Source: Candidatus Omnitrophota bacterium
GTDB lineage: Bacteria; Omnitrophota; Gorgyraeia; Zapsychrales; JANLHA01
NCBI GenBank assembly: GCA_963662715.1
Contig: OY759724.1
Location: 2,010,662 to 2,074,661 of the forward strand
Direction: 5' to 3'
Length of the DNA: 64,000 bases
Shown: positions 1-10,200 of the stretch, one piece after another
Position numbering within the stretch: position 1 is the first letter of the stretch
How the letters are laid out: the number at the start of each line of letters is the position of its first letter
Made by a program: the position numbers and the translations under genes
Notes under the pieces: generated by a model
Databases searched by the model: none
What the model saw: the letters and a program-made list of their open reading frames with translations, nothing else
What the model was told of the DNA's origin: nothing

Positions 1-219
1 GACGAGGCCGTCCGGTTGGTCATCGAGACCAATCAGGCTTCGGTCTCTATATTACAGCGGCGCATGAGACTGGGGTATACGAGAGCCGCCCGTCTGATCG
101 ACATGATGGAGCAGGACGGCCTGGTAGGCCCTTACTGCGGGAGTAAGCCGAGAGATATTTTAGTCGACCGTGAAGAATGGCTTATGGAACATCTGAACCA
201 GAATGAAAGTGAAGCATAA
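1..219 (+). CDS. ftsK: DNA translocase FtsK, C-terminal (gamma/winged-helix) fragment; 5' end lies outside the window
   Basis: Translation '...[42 protein letters not shown]' matches the conserved FtsK gamma-domain signature. The reading frame is open from base 1. Confidence 0.7.
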   Translation, partial: DEAVRLVIETNQASVSILQRRMRLGYTRAARLIDMMEQDGLVGPYCGSKPRDILVDREEWLMEHLNQNESEA

Positions 220-221
220 GC

Positions 222-1070
222 ATGTCTGATGCCCAACAAAAACATCGTCCAAAGGGCGAAATACTCAAGGAAGCCAGGGAAGCCCAGGGGTTATCGTTGC
301 TGTCGGTTCATGAAGCCACAAAAATCCCTTTGGATGTCCTGAAGGCTATTGAAGAGGGCTATACGGTCAGAACCCTGTCGCCGTTTTATCTTAAGGGGTT
401 CGTTAAAATGTATGCCCAGCATTTGGGTGTCGATATCCATCAGGTCATTGATAATTATCACCGGGAAAAATTGCCGAAAAAAATAGAAGAAGAAAAAGAA
501 CGCGTTTCGGTCAGTTTTGATATTCAAAGATTCTGGACAAAGAATATTCAACAGCAGTTTTTTAAAGGGGCTGCCGTTCTCCTGGCCCTTTTCCTGGTTT
601 TCCGGGTCGTCGGGTGTATTAAGAATAACAGGCAGCAGCGGGCTCAGAAGGGAGATACGGAAGTTTCTGGCACAGCTCCTTCTTCCGAAGAGGATGCTTC
701 TCAAGCCGGACAGCAAGAGGAGGGAAAGGAACAACCGAAAACTTCTGCTCCGGCCCCGACAGTTCCGCCCAAGAAGGAAAAAACTCCTCCGGAACCTGTT
801 GCCTCGGTTAAAGAAGTTCGCTTAACGGTAAAAGCGAAAAAGAGCGGTTGGTTGCAAGTTAAGGTGGACGGGAACCTGGTGTTTCAGTCGATATTAAACA
901 GCGGCGCGACTGAGACGTGGGAAGCCGAGCAATCCATAGAACTTTCCGGTAAGAATATTCATTCCCTGGAATATGAAGTGAATGGGAAAGTTCTGGGGGA
1001 ACTCGGACGCACTGACCGTTCAGCCAGACGGGTGGTTATTACTAAAGATGGATTTACCGTTAAGCAGTAA
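222..1070 (+). CDS. RodZ-like cytoskeleton/HTH membrane protein
   Basis: N-terminal XRE-type HTH ('LKEAREAQGLSLLSVHEATKIPLDVLKAIEEG'), a single TM segment, a Pro/Glu/Lys-rich linker and a C-terminal beta-rich domain. This architecture is typical of RodZ/DUF4115 proteins. Confidence 0.55.
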   Translation: MSDAQQKHRPKGEILKEAREAQGLSLLSVHEATKIPLDVLKAIEEGYTVRTLSPFYLKGFVKMYAQHLGVDIHQVIDNYHREKLPKKIEEEKERVSVSFDIQRFWTKNIQQQFFKGAAVLLALFLVFRVVGCIKNNRQQRAQKGDTEVSGTAPSSEEDASQAGQQEEGKEQPKTSAPAPTVPPKKEKTPPEPVASVKEVRLTVKAKKSGWLQVKVDGNLVFQSILNSGATETWEAEQSIELSGKNIHSLEYEVNGKVLGELGRTDRSARRVVITKDGFTVKQ

Positions 1071-1177
1071 TCCTCAAGTTTGCCATTCCAGTCTTTTTTT
1101 CATATTTTAGAAAGAAGGGTCGCCCGTAGCCTCGGGGAAGAAGTCGTAACCAAGAAAACGGCTACAACATACGTCCA

Positions 1178-2470
1178 ATGGATAAAGATTTTTTTACTCA
1201 ACATATTCATCCCGGTGAGAAAGTGGGAATGATTAACCTGGGATGTGCCCGCAATCTGGTTGATGCTCAGGAGATTTTAGGACGGCTGCAGGAGGAAGGC
1301 CGCCTTGTCGTCAGCCCTTCAGACGCGTCGGTGATTATTCTCAACACATGCGGTTTTATTGAAGAGGCCAAAAGAGAGTCGATCGACAAGATCCTTGACC
1401 TGATTGATCTTAAACAAGAGGGTAAAATCCGAAAAATATTTGTTGCCGGCTGTCTGTCCGAGCGGTACCCTCGGGAGTTGTCCAAAGAGTTCGCCGAAGT
1501 TGACGGGATAACAGGGATCCATCCTTTTCAGGCGCAAGGAGCTCCTTCTCAGATATATCTGACTCCTGCTCATTTCGCCTATCTTAAAATATGTGAAAGT
1601 TGTTATAATCATTGCAGCTTTTGTGCTATCCCGCTTATCAAGGGGCCGTTTCGATCGAGAACCCAGGAAGCCGTCATTGAAGAAGTCCGCCGTTTAGACC
1701 AGCGGGGCGTGAAAGAAATTAACATTATCGGCCAGGATATCACAGCGTATGGCATGGATCTTTATGGAGAAAAGGTCCTGGCGTCTTTGCTGCGAAAACT
1801 GTGCCGGGAGACGCGGAATGTCGAGTGGATACGGCTTCTTTATACGTATCCGGCCCATATAACCGATGAGTTGATTGACGTTATCGCAACGGAGAAAAAA
1901 ATATGTAAATATCTGGATATCCCGTTGCAGCATATTCATGACAGGCTTCTCATGCTGATGGGCCGTAAAATGAAAGCAGGCCAGATCCGGGAACTTCTGG
2001 GCAGGGTACGGAAACGCGTCCCCGGGGTTCACCTGCGATCCAGTTTTATCGTGGGGTTCCCGCAGGAAACCGGGGAGGAATTTCAGGCTTTGCAGGATTT
2101 TATCGAAGAAATCCGTTTTGACAGGGTGGGGGCTTTCCTTTTTTCCCCGGAAGACGGGACCCCGGCTGCCCGGCTGCCCGGGCAATTGCCCCTGCGGGTG
2201 AAACGCAAACGTTACGATAGCCTTATGTCCCGGCAGCAAAAGATTTCCCGGGAATTGTCTCAGGAGAAGGTCGGAGCAATTTTTAGGGTTTTGATTGACG
2301 AAAAACAAAAAGCAGGAGAAAATAGTTATATCGGCCGCACAGAATATGACGCCCCGGAAGTGGACGGACTTGTTTATGTCGCTACCCGGCAGTCCGTACA
2401 AGCGGGAAGCTTTGTTCAAGTTAAAATAACAGATTCATTAGAGTACGATTTAGTAGGGGAAGAGGTATGA
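1178..2470 (+). CDS. rimO: MiaB/RimO-family radical-SAM methylthiotransferase, probably ribosomal protein S12 methylthiotransferase RimO
   Basis: N-terminal MTTase domain ('INLGCARNLVDAQ'), the radical-SAM motif 'CYNHCSFCAIP', and a C-terminal TRAM-like segment. About 430 aa. Confidence 0.7.
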   Translation: MDKDFFTQHIHPGEKVGMINLGCARNLVDAQEILGRLQEEGRLVVSPSDASVIILNTCGFIEEAKRESIDKILDLIDLKQEGKIRKIFVAGCLSERYPRELSKEFAEVDGITGIHPFQAQGAPSQIYLTPAHFAYLKICESCYNHCSFCAIPLIKGPFRSRTQEAVIEEVRRLDQRGVKEINIIGQDITAYGMDLYGEKVLASLLRKLCRETRNVEWIRLLYTYPAHITDELIDVIATEKKICKYLDIPLQHIHDRLLMLMGRKMKAGQIRELLGRVRKRVPGVHLRSSFIVGFPQETGEEFQALQDFIEEIRFDRVGAFLFSPEDGTPAARLPGQLPLRVKRKRYDSLMSRQQKISRELSQEKVGAIFRVLIDEKQKAGENSYIGRTEYDAPEVDGLVYVATRQSVQAGSFVQVKITDSLEYDLVGEEV

Positions 2471-3054
2471 ATGTCCCAAACGTATTGACATTGTCACGTA
2501 TTTTTCTGACGTTAGGATTTATTTTCTTTATTAAACAAGGGGATGTTATGTCTGTTTGTCTGGCAGGCTGTTTTTTCGTCTTGGCCTCTGTGACAGATTA
2601 CTATGACGGCTACTTTGCCAAAAAAAGGAACCAGGTGAGCAATTTCGGAAAGATCATGGACCCGATTGCGGACAAATTCCTGATCCTCTCTGCGTTTTAT
2701 ATTTTTATGCGCATGCATATCGTTGCGGGATGGATTTTTTATTTGATCGCGTTAAGAGAAATCCTTTTGACAGGATTCAGGTTGACCGCGATGTTACTGG
2801 GTAAAGTGCTGGCGGCTGAGCGTGCCGGTAAAATTAAGACGGTTTTGCAGATGTCATCGATTTGCGTTATCCTGCTGTCCTTGGTGATGCAGGACCTTAA
2901 CCTGTTCCCTTCATGGAATTCTTACGGGAGCCAATTCTTTACGCAGTTTTGGCAATTGAGTATCGATGTCTTGCTGGTGATGACCGTGATTGCCACCTTG
3001 TATTCCGGTGTCTTGTACCTCCTGAACAACCGGATGAGTTTCGTCAATACATAA
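2467..3054 (+). CDS. pgsA: CDP-diacylglycerol--glycerol-3-phosphate 3-phosphatidyltransferase
   Basis: CDP-alcohol phosphatidyltransferase motif 'DYYDGYFAKKRNQVSNFGKIMDPIADK', a polytopic membrane protein, and a 4-nt overlap with the upstream gene. Confidence 0.8.
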   Translation: MNVPNVLTLSRIFLTLGFIFFIKQGDVMSVCLAGCFFVLASVTDYYDGYFAKKRNQVSNFGKIMDPIADKFLILSAFYIFMRMHIVAGWIFYLIALREILLTGFRLTAMLLGKVLAAERAGKIKTVLQMSSICVILLSLVMQDLNLFPSWNSYGSQFFTQFWQLSIDVLLVMTVIATLYSGVLYLLNNRMSFVNT

Positions 3055-3057
3055 CTC

Positions 3058-3537
3058 TTGTTCCCCATTTCAATAACAATGATGTCTGACCGATTGAGCA
3101 AACTTTTTGCAACCTTTTTTTACTGCGGATATGTCCCCGGTGCTCCCGGGACATTCACCAGCGCCGTCGGGGTGCTGATTTATTTGAGCCTCTTGGGGCA
3201 TCCGTTTCTGTACGTCGTTGTTCTGGCCATCATAACCCTCGTGGGGTTCCCGGCCGGCGGCCGAACTGAAAAGCTAATCGGAAGAAAAGATCCCGGCTGT
3301 GTGGTTATTGACGAAGTTTCCGGGGTGTTGCTGGCCCTTTTTTTGTTGCCGCCGGTTCCGAAAGTCCTCTGGACGGCCTTCTTCCTCTTCCGGGCCTTTG
3401 ATATGTTCAAGGTCTATCCGGCCTGTAAGTTTGAAGAATTCAAGGGCGGCACGGGAATCATGATGGACGATATCGTTGCCGGAATTTATACCAATGTCAT
3501 TATGCATTTGGCCATCCGAATCGCTGGAATTGTATAA
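3058..3537 (+). CDS. pgpA: phosphatidylglycerophosphatase A
   Basis: 'YCGYVPGAPGTFTSAVGVLIYL' and 'GCVVIDEVSGV' match the PgpA family. It sits immediately downstream of pgsA. Confidence 0.75.
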   Translation: MFPISITMMSDRLSKLFATFFYCGYVPGAPGTFTSAVGVLIYLSLLGHPFLYVVVLAIITLVGFPAGGRTEKLIGRKDPGCVVIDEVSGVLLALFLLPPVPKVLWTAFFLFRAFDMFKVYPACKFEEFKGGTGIMMDDIVAGIYTNVIMHLAIRIAGIV

Positions 3538-3703
3538 ACCCTTCCTGTTGAATTTTAGATAATATCTATAAGCTCTTTAAGCCGTCTGTCCCGTCCCGGC
3601 GGGGTAAAACTGTAAGTGGCGCTGCCGATACTTGGCAAAGTGCGGATCCCCGGGCATCGATGGATGCGGTCAAGTTTCTGGGATGGGAGGCGGAGGGTTT
3701 AAT

Positions 3704-4288
3704 TCAAAGGGTTAGCGGAGCGTTTGAAAGGGCTTCATAGATAGGCCCCTGAGGCGTGAGTGTGCTTTTGAATAAAGTGATCATTTTAACCGGCTGTTTA
3801 AGCCCCGGGGGTATCTGAACGCGGCTGATTGTCTCAGCGGGGAATATGTGGTTTGTTGATCGCACCCGGCCGATCGTGATATGTGCCGTAAAGGGGCGTT
3901 TTTCTTTCTTGAATCCCAAGGGCTTCAGGCCTTGTTCCACCTCTGCGGCTAGCTCGGATAAAAGCAGGCTGTTGTCCTTTGATACCCCGACCCAGATGAC
4001 GCGCGGATGTTTCGTGCGGGGGAAAGCCCCTACAGTATCAAGGGTGAAGTCGAAAGGCCGGATTTTCTCAACATAGGAGGGAAGTTGTTCTTTGATAGAC
4101 TGAAGAATGGGGAGGGAAACTTCGCCAAGGAATTTGAGGGTCAGATGAATATTTCCCGGTTTAACCCATCTGATGTCGGGGATATGGCGCTGCATGTCTT
4201 CCTGGACATCATGAAGGTGTGTTTGAATGCTCTTATCCAGTTCTATCGCAATAAATGACCGAAGGGTTTCATTCATAATTCCCGTCAT
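3704..4288 (-). CDS. thpR: RNA 2',3'-cyclic phosphodiesterase (2H phosphoesterase, LigT/ThpR)
   Basis: Two H-x-T-x motifs ('HLTLKFLG' and 'HITIGR') at the spacing characteristic of the 2H family. Confidence 0.7.
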   Translation of the reverse strand: MTGIMNETLRSFIAIELDKSIQTHLHDVQEDMQRHIPDIRWVKPGNIHLTLKFLGEVSLPILQSIKEQLPSYVEKIRPFDFTLDTVGAFPRTKHPRVIWVGVSKDNSLLLSELAAEVEQGLKPLGFKKEKRPFTAHITIGRVRSTNHIFPAETISRVQIPPGLKQPVKMITLFKSTLTPQGPIYEALSNAPLTL

Positions 4289-4324
4289 CGCCTTTTGATT
4301 CGCTGTTCTTGAGATATAGGCTTT

Positions 4325-4876
4325 TTATCCCAGAAATTCCATGAGCAGATTGAGGGCGGTGGCTGTCGCTGCTTTTTTGATTTCAAGCCGTTGTCCCGAA
4401 AACTGACATTTCAGGCATAAGGTTTCGAGCGGGGTGGACACCGCGATATAAGTTAACCCTACGGGTTTGGTCTTGGTTCCTCCGCCGGGGCCGGCAATGC
4501 CGGTAATCCCGATCCCATAATGGGCCTGAAATAATTTGCGGACGTTTTGGGCCAGCAATTCCGCGACAACCTCTGAAACAGCGCCATGGGCCGAGAGGGT
4601 CTTCCCCGGGATCTTCAGGAGTTTTGTTTTGGAAATATTGCTGTAGCAGACCAGATCCGCCAGCAGAAACCGGGAGCTTCCCGGGATGTTGGTTAACCGA
4701 TGTCCCAGAAGCCCTCCGGTGCATGATTCGGCTACAGCCAGGGTTTCTTTTTCAGATAATAGCCGTGAAGCGACTTTTTCTTCTATGAGCATGAGGTTAT
4801 TATAGGGATGTTTATTGATTTTGACAAGATTGTTTTTGGAAGCTTTAAAGTGGTTTGGATGTTTTTTTGTCCCCAT
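4325..4876 (-). CDS. CinA C-terminal domain protein / nicotinamide-nucleotide amidohydrolase PncC-like. The true start is probably internal, around the 'MLIEEK' Met.
   Basis: 'LAVAESCTGGLLGHRLTNIPGSS' is the hallmark of the CinA-C/PncC domain. There is no N-terminal MocF domain. Confidence 0.7.
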   Translation of the reverse strand: MGTKKHPNHFKASKNNLVKINKHPYNNLMLIEEKVASRLLSEKETLAVAESCTGGLLGHRLTNIPGSSRFLLADLVCYSNISKTKLLKIPGKTLSAHGAVSEVVAELLAQNVRKLFQAHYGIGITGIAGPGGGTKTKPVGLTYIAVSTPLETLCLKCQFSGQRLEIKKAATATALNLLMEFLG

Positions 4877-4967
4877 GATATTTATAAATTATTAATTATT
4901 AATGAATTAATAATTTTTTCCCTTTGGGGGCAGCCTTTTATGGCTTGTAGGGTGTGGCACATTTTGT

Positions 4968-4996
4968 TTGCAAATGTCAACAATTTGTATTATATT
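4968..4996 (+). promoter_or_regulatory. candidate sigma70-type promoter (TTGCAA-N17-TATATT) in the cinA/ABC intergenic region, with no ORF downstream
   Basis: -35 'ttgcaa' at 4968-4973, a 17-nt spacer, and -10 'tatatt' at 4991-4996. Confidence 0.3.
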
Positions 4997-5129
4997 TAAC
5001 TAAGAAAGGGTTGATCGCGTAAGCGGTCCACTAATGCACATTTAGCGAAAAAAGCAAACCCGTTGTAAGACGGGGACGCAAAGCCAAGGTTCCTGATAAA
5101 GGAAAGCCCGGCTGCCGAAATAAATGATG

Positions 5130-5170
5130 AAAAACCTATTCTCTGACCGGGAATAGGTTTTTCATTTTTC
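5130..5170 (+). terminator. rho-independent terminator (12-bp perfect stem, 9-nt loop, T-rich tail)
   Basis: AAAAACCTATTC-tctgaccgg-GAATAGGTTTTT is followed by CATTTTTCTTC. Confidence 0.55.
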
Positions 5171-5354
5171 TTCAGCATTCTGCCGTCCAATATTTACCAT
5201 TTCAAAAATAAATCATTTTGCCAGGAGTACGGATGAAAAGAGTTGGCGCTTTCGATTATTTCAGATATGGTCGAAGGAAGCAAGGACGTCTTATCGGGAA
5301 ACACTTCTTTAGCGGTGTTTTGAGAACCGGATGTCAGGAACAAAGGAGAAAGCA

Positions 5355-5384
5355 TTGGCTTTTTAAGTGATTATTTACTATAAT
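5355..5384 (+). promoter_or_regulatory. candidate sigma70 promoter for the ABC transporter operon (TTGGCT-N18-TATAAT)
   Basis: -35 'ttggct' at 5355-5360, an 18-nt spacer, and -10 'tataat' at 5379-5384, about 30 nt upstream of the ATG at 5413. Confidence 0.4.
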
Positions 5385-5412
5385 TTTTCAAAATAAGGTT
5401 TATAAATCAATT

Positions 5413-6330
5413 ATGAAAGCTTTGCATATCAAAAATCTAAGTAAGACTTACGCCAATGGCACGCAGGCTCTTGATCATGTCAGCCTGACGGTCGAAGCGG
5501 GTGACTTTTTTGCCCTTTTGGGGGCCAACGGGGCCGGTAAGACCACGTTGATAGGCATTCTAACCGGTTTGGTTATAAAAAGCAGCGGAGAGGTCAGAAT
5601 ATTTGAGCAGAGCATTGAGTCAGAATTCAGCCGGATCAAGAAGATGGTCGGAGTCGTGCCGCAGGAGATGAATTTTAATATATTTGAAAAAGTGCAGGAT
5701 ATTTTAATGACCCAGGCCGGATATTATGGTATTCCCCGAAAGCAGGCGGTTCATCGTGCAGAGGAACTGCTTCACAGACTCGGTTTGTGGGAGCAGCGGT
5801 ATAAGGTTTCCAGGCAGCTGTCCGGCGGCATGAAGAGGAGACTGATGATTGCCCGGGCGTTGATGCATCAGCCGAAGCTTTTGATCCTTGATGAACCGAC
5901 GGCGGGCGTGGATGTCGAATTAAGGCACGGGATGTGGGATTATCTGAAGCAGTTAAATCAGCAGGGCATTACGATTTTGTTGACGACGCATTATCTGGAA
6001 GAAGTGGAACAAATGTGCCGGCATGCGGCGATGATCAAAGAAGGCCGCCTTGTCAAGTGTGATAAGGTGGATAATCTTCTGAAGATTATTGATAAGGAAC
6101 CGTTTATCCTGACTGTTGACGAAGTCAGGAACACGAACCGTTTAAAAGGATATGCTGTGAGCGTCGTTGACCGGCATACGATGAAAGTTGAGTTGGATAA
6201 GCGGCATTTGCATGCCTTTATCCGGGACCTGGAAAAAAACGGAATGTCCCTGCAGGATATCCGGCCCCAAGGACATAGACTAGAAAGACTGTTTTTGCAA
6301 CTGCTTCGCGAGGATGAAATGGCCGGGTGA
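5413..6330 (+). CDS. ABC transporter ATP-binding protein (ABC-2 type)
   Basis: Walker A 'GANGAGKTT', ABC signature 'LSGGMKRR', and Walker B 'LLILDEPT'. Confidence 0.8.
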   Translation: MKALHIKNLSKTYANGTQALDHVSLTVEAGDFFALLGANGAGKTTLIGILTGLVIKSSGEVRIFEQSIESEFSRIKKMVGVVPQEMNFNIFEKVQDILMTQAGYYGIPRKQAVHRAEELLHRLGLWEQRYKVSRQLSGGMKRRLMIARALMHQPKLLILDEPTAGVDVELRHGMWDYLKQLNQQGITILLTTHYLEEVEQMCRHAAMIKEGRLVKCDKVDNLLKIIDKEPFILTVDEVRNTNRLKGYAVSVVDRHTMKVELDKRHLHAFIRDLEKNGMSLQDIRPQGHRLERLFLQLLREDEMAG

Positions 6331-6376
6331 AGCCCGGCCATGAATATCCTCCCCCGTCAGTCAGGGAAGGTTTTGT

Positions 6377-7147
6377 ATGATCCGCGATCAAATTATAGCT
6401 TATCAAACACTCGTCCGCAGAGAAGTGTTGCGTTTCTTGAGGATCTGGGTGCAGACACTGTTGCCGCCGGTAATTACCCAGACCTTATATTTTGTCATCT
6501 TCGGTTCGTTTATCGGGTCCAGAATCGGAGACGTTCACGGGGTGAGCTACATGGCGTTTATTGTGCCGGGCCTCGTCATGATGGCCGTTATTAACAGCTC
6601 TTACTCGAACGTTGTGAGTTCTTTTTTCAGCGCAAAATTCCAGCGCTGTATTGAGGAACTGCTTGTTTCTCCGACGGCTGACATCGTGATCTTGCTGGGA
6701 TACATTACCGGAGGGATTTTAAGAGGCCTGATCGTCGGCCTGCTGGTGTTTATTGTCTCTGTGTTTTTTGCGCGCCCCGTGATTTGTCATTTTGTGCTTA
6801 TTGTTTTCTTTATTTTTTTAACAGCCGTGGTTTTTGCTCTGGCCGGGCTGCTCAACGCCATATTTGCAAAAAAGTTTGATGATATTTCCATCTTCCCGAC
6901 GTTTATTCTTGTCCCTTTGACTTATTTGGGAGGGGTTTTTTATTCGATCCGCAGCTTGCCGCGGTTTTGGCAAAATCTGTCTCAGTTAAATCCGATCCTT
7001 TATATGGTCAACGGTTTCCGTTACGGATTCTACGGCTTTTCTGACGTGAGTGTTTCTTTCAGCGTACTTATTCTGGTTTTTTTGGTCCTGTTGCTCACAG
7101 GTCTTAATCTGTTCTTTCTCCGGAAGGGGACCGGGTTAAAGACTTAA
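6377..7147 (+). CDS. ABC-2 family transporter permease
   Basis: Six-TM hydrophobic protein immediately downstream of the ABC ATPase; typical ABC-2 permease organisation. Confidence 0.7.
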   Translation: MIRDQIIAYQTLVRREVLRFLRIWVQTLLPPVITQTLYFVIFGSFIGSRIGDVHGVSYMAFIVPGLVMMAVINSSYSNVVSSFFSAKFQRCIEELLVSPTADIVILLGYITGGILRGLIVGLLVFIVSVFFARPVICHFVLIVFFIFLTAVVFALAGLLNAIFAKKFDDISIFPTFILVPLTYLGGVFYSIRSLPRFWQNLSQLNPILYMVNGFRYGFYGFSDVSVSFSVLILVFLVLLLTGLNLFFLRKGTGLKT

Positions 7148-7247
7148 GAGCAGGGGAGAAACGGATTCAGGCCCTGTTGGTTGAGAAGAGGGGGGACAAG
7201 AGGGCTTTCAAAATTCTTATCGGTTGACTTTTCCGGGGAATTCCTCT

Positions 7248-10200
7248 ATGTTGAATGCTATGAATAAAGATACGATACATCCTGTAGAAGCGTTGCTTAA
7301 GGACAGAATTCTGATCCTCGATGGAGCCATGGGCACCATGGTTCAGGAATACAACCTGGATGAAGAGGCTGTCCGGGGCGAACTTTTTGCCGATCATCCT
7401 GTTGACCTCAGGAGAAATAATGATGTGCTGTCTCTCACGCAGCCCCAGATTATTGAGGATATTCATCTGAAATATTTTTCTTCTGGAGCGGATATTATTG
7501 AAACCAATACTTTTAATGCCAATGCCATAAGTCTGGCGGATTATCAGTTGGCGGACCGGGCCTATGAACTGAACGTGGCCTCCGCCCGAATCGCCCGAAA
7601 GGCCGCTGATGCCGTTAGGCAGCAGGATCCGGAGCGCCCCTGTTTTGTTGCCGGATCCATCGGCCCGACCAACCGGACAGCATCCATGTCCCCTGACGTC
7701 AATGATCCCAGTTATCGTGCGGTGACATTTGATCAGCTGGTGGCCGCGTATTCCCAGCAGATTCAGGGCCTGTTAGACGGGGGGGTTGATTTTCTTTTGA
7801 TCGAGACGATTTTCGACACATTGAATTGTAAGGCGGCTCTTTATGCCGCTGAGTGTGTTTTTGAGAGAAATCAGCGGCGGCTTCCTTTGATGATTTCGGG
7901 CACGATCACAGATGAAAGCGGCCGGACATTATCCGGACAAACCGTGGAGGCTTTCTGGATCTCGATCATGCACGCCCGGCCGTTCTCTGTCGGGTTGAAC
8001 TGCGCTTTAGGGGCGGATAAATTACGTCCTTATATCGCGCAATTGTCCCGAATCGCTCCGTGTTACATCAGCTGTTATCCTAATGCCGGCCTGCCGGACG
8101 GCTTCGGCGGCTTTGACCAGACTCCTGAGCAAATGGCAAAGTTTCTGGCTGAGTTTGCCCGGGAAGGTCTTCTAAACATCGTCGGCGGATGCTGCGGAAC
8201 AACTCCGGAGTTTATCCGGAAGATCCGGGATGCGGTCAAACCTTTTAAGCCGCGCATGATTCCTTCTGTCCCCGTACAGTCTTCTTTCAGCGGGCTGGAA
8301 CCCCTCATGGTCCGGCCCGACAGTAATTTTATCAATGTCGGGGAGCGGACGAACGTCGCCGGTTCAAAGAAATTTGCTAATTTGATAAAGGAAGAAAAAT
8401 ACGAAGAGGCTTTGTCCGTGGCGCGCCAGCAGGTTGAAGCCGGAGCCCAGGTTATCGATGTGAGTATGGACGAGGCGATGTTGGATTCAGAAAAGGCCAT
8501 GGTGACCTTTCTCAATCTTGTGGCTGTTGAGCCGGACATCGCCCGTGTACCGGTGATGATTGATTCATCCCGCTGGCCGGTTATTGAAGCCGGGCTGAAA
8601 TGTGTTCAAGGCAAGTCGATCGTCAACTCTATTTCTTTGAAAGAGGGCGAGGGCCCTTTTAAGAAACAGGCTGTTGAATTGAAGAGGTTCGGGGCTGCTG
8701 TTGTGGTTATGGCTTTTGATGAACAGGGACAGGCGGATACGAAAGAGCGCAAAATTGAAATCTGCAGGAGAGCTTATAAAATTTTAACGGAAGAGGTCGG
8801 CTTCCCTCCTCAGGATATCATTTTTGACCCGAATATCTTCGCGGTTGCCACCGGGATTGAAGAGCATAGCCGTTATGCCGTCGATTTTATTGAGGCCACA
8901 CGGACGATCAAGCAAACCTTGCCGCATTGTTTAATCTCCGGAGGAGTCAGTAATATATCTTTTTCTTTCCGGGGCAATAATGCCGTCCGGGAAGCCATGC
9001 ATTCGGTCTTTCTTTATCATGCCATTCAGGCCGGTATGGACATGGGAATCGTCAATGCCGGGATGATCGCCGTTTATGACGATATCCCTAAGAATCTGCT
9101 TGAACGGGTGGAAGACGTTCTTTTTAATAAACGTACGGATGCCACGGAACGCCTGATCGCGTATGCGGAACAGGTGAAGCAGCAGGGGCCGAAATCGGCG
9201 CAGGGGGACCTTTCCTGGAGAACCCTGCCGGTCGAAGAGCGGCTGGCTCATGCTCTGGTCAAAGGGATTGTTGAATATATCGAAGAAGATACGGAAGAGG
9301 CGCGGCAGCAGACCCGGCGTCCGCTTGATGTGATTGAAGGGCCGCTTATGAAAGGAATGAGTGTCGTGGGCGATTTGTTCGGTTCCGGGAAAATGTTCCT
9401 TCCGCAGGTTGTCAAAAGTGCCCGGGTGATGAAAAAATCCGTTGCCTATCTTACCCCTTATATTGAAAAAGAGAAAGACAGCGGGCTTGTTCATAAGCTG
9501 GGGAAGATTCTTTTTGCGACGGTTAAAGGGGATGTCCATGATATCGGGAAGAATATTGTCGGCGTTGTTCTGGCCTGTAATCATTTTGAAGTCCTTGACT
9601 GCGGGGTTATGGTCCCGTATGAAAAGATCATTGAGACAGCTCTGAAGGAACAGGTTGATATGATAGGCTTAAGCGGTTTAATCACCCCGTCTCTCGATGA
9701 GATGGTGCATGTCGCCGAAGAAATGGAGAGGGCCGGCCTGTCCGTCCCGCTTCTCATCGGCGGGGCCACCACGTCTATTCAGCATACGGCGGTTAAAATC
9801 GCGCCTTGCTACAGCGGTCCGGTTGTGCATATTAAAGATGCGTCCCGCTGCGTTCAGATCAGCCGGCAGCTTCTGAACCCCCGGCAGAGACAAGAGATTG
9901 TTAAAGACCTGCAGGCGGAATATCAGCGAGTCCGGGATGAGTTTTATCAGCGGAGGAGCGAGAGCCGGTTCCTCTCTTTATCCGAGGCCCAGGACAAAGG
10001 ATTGAAGACAGACTGGACGCAGCTGCAGATTAAAAAGCCGTCGTTCCTGGGGACACGTGTTTTTTCTGATTTTGATTTAACGGATATCCGTTCCAGGATT
10101 GACTGGTCGCCTTTTTTTATGGCCTGGGAGCTGAAGGGCCATTTCCCCCGTATCCTCGACGACCCCCAGCAGGGGGAAGAAGCCCGCAGGCTTTATGAAG

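Noticed and set aside
291-734. Numerous antisense or 'shadow' ORFs inside confidently called genes. Examples: 291-734(-), 1694-2419(-), 8931-9584(-), 39894-40412(-), 42583-43218(-), 43472-44014(-), 45932-46453(-), 16791-17174(-) and 17047-17598(-).
   Set aside because: Each lies wholly within a longer ORF on the opposite strand that has clear family motifs. None has recognisable motifs, and the operon is compactly same-strand. These are treated as non-coding frame artefacts.
1118-1160. Motif 'GAAGTCGTAACCAAG...GGCTAC', reminiscent of the 16S rRNA 3' end (GAAGTCGTAACAAGGTAGCC)
   Set aside because: Only about 15 nt with mismatches, and there is no surrounding rRNA sequence. Most likely a chance resemblance in the rimO 5' UTR.
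4996-5190. 64-aa minus-strand ORF in the cinA/ABC intergenic region
   Set aside because: No coding character, no SD, and it spans a strong + strand terminator hairpin. The region is better explained as promoter, candidate sRNA and terminator.
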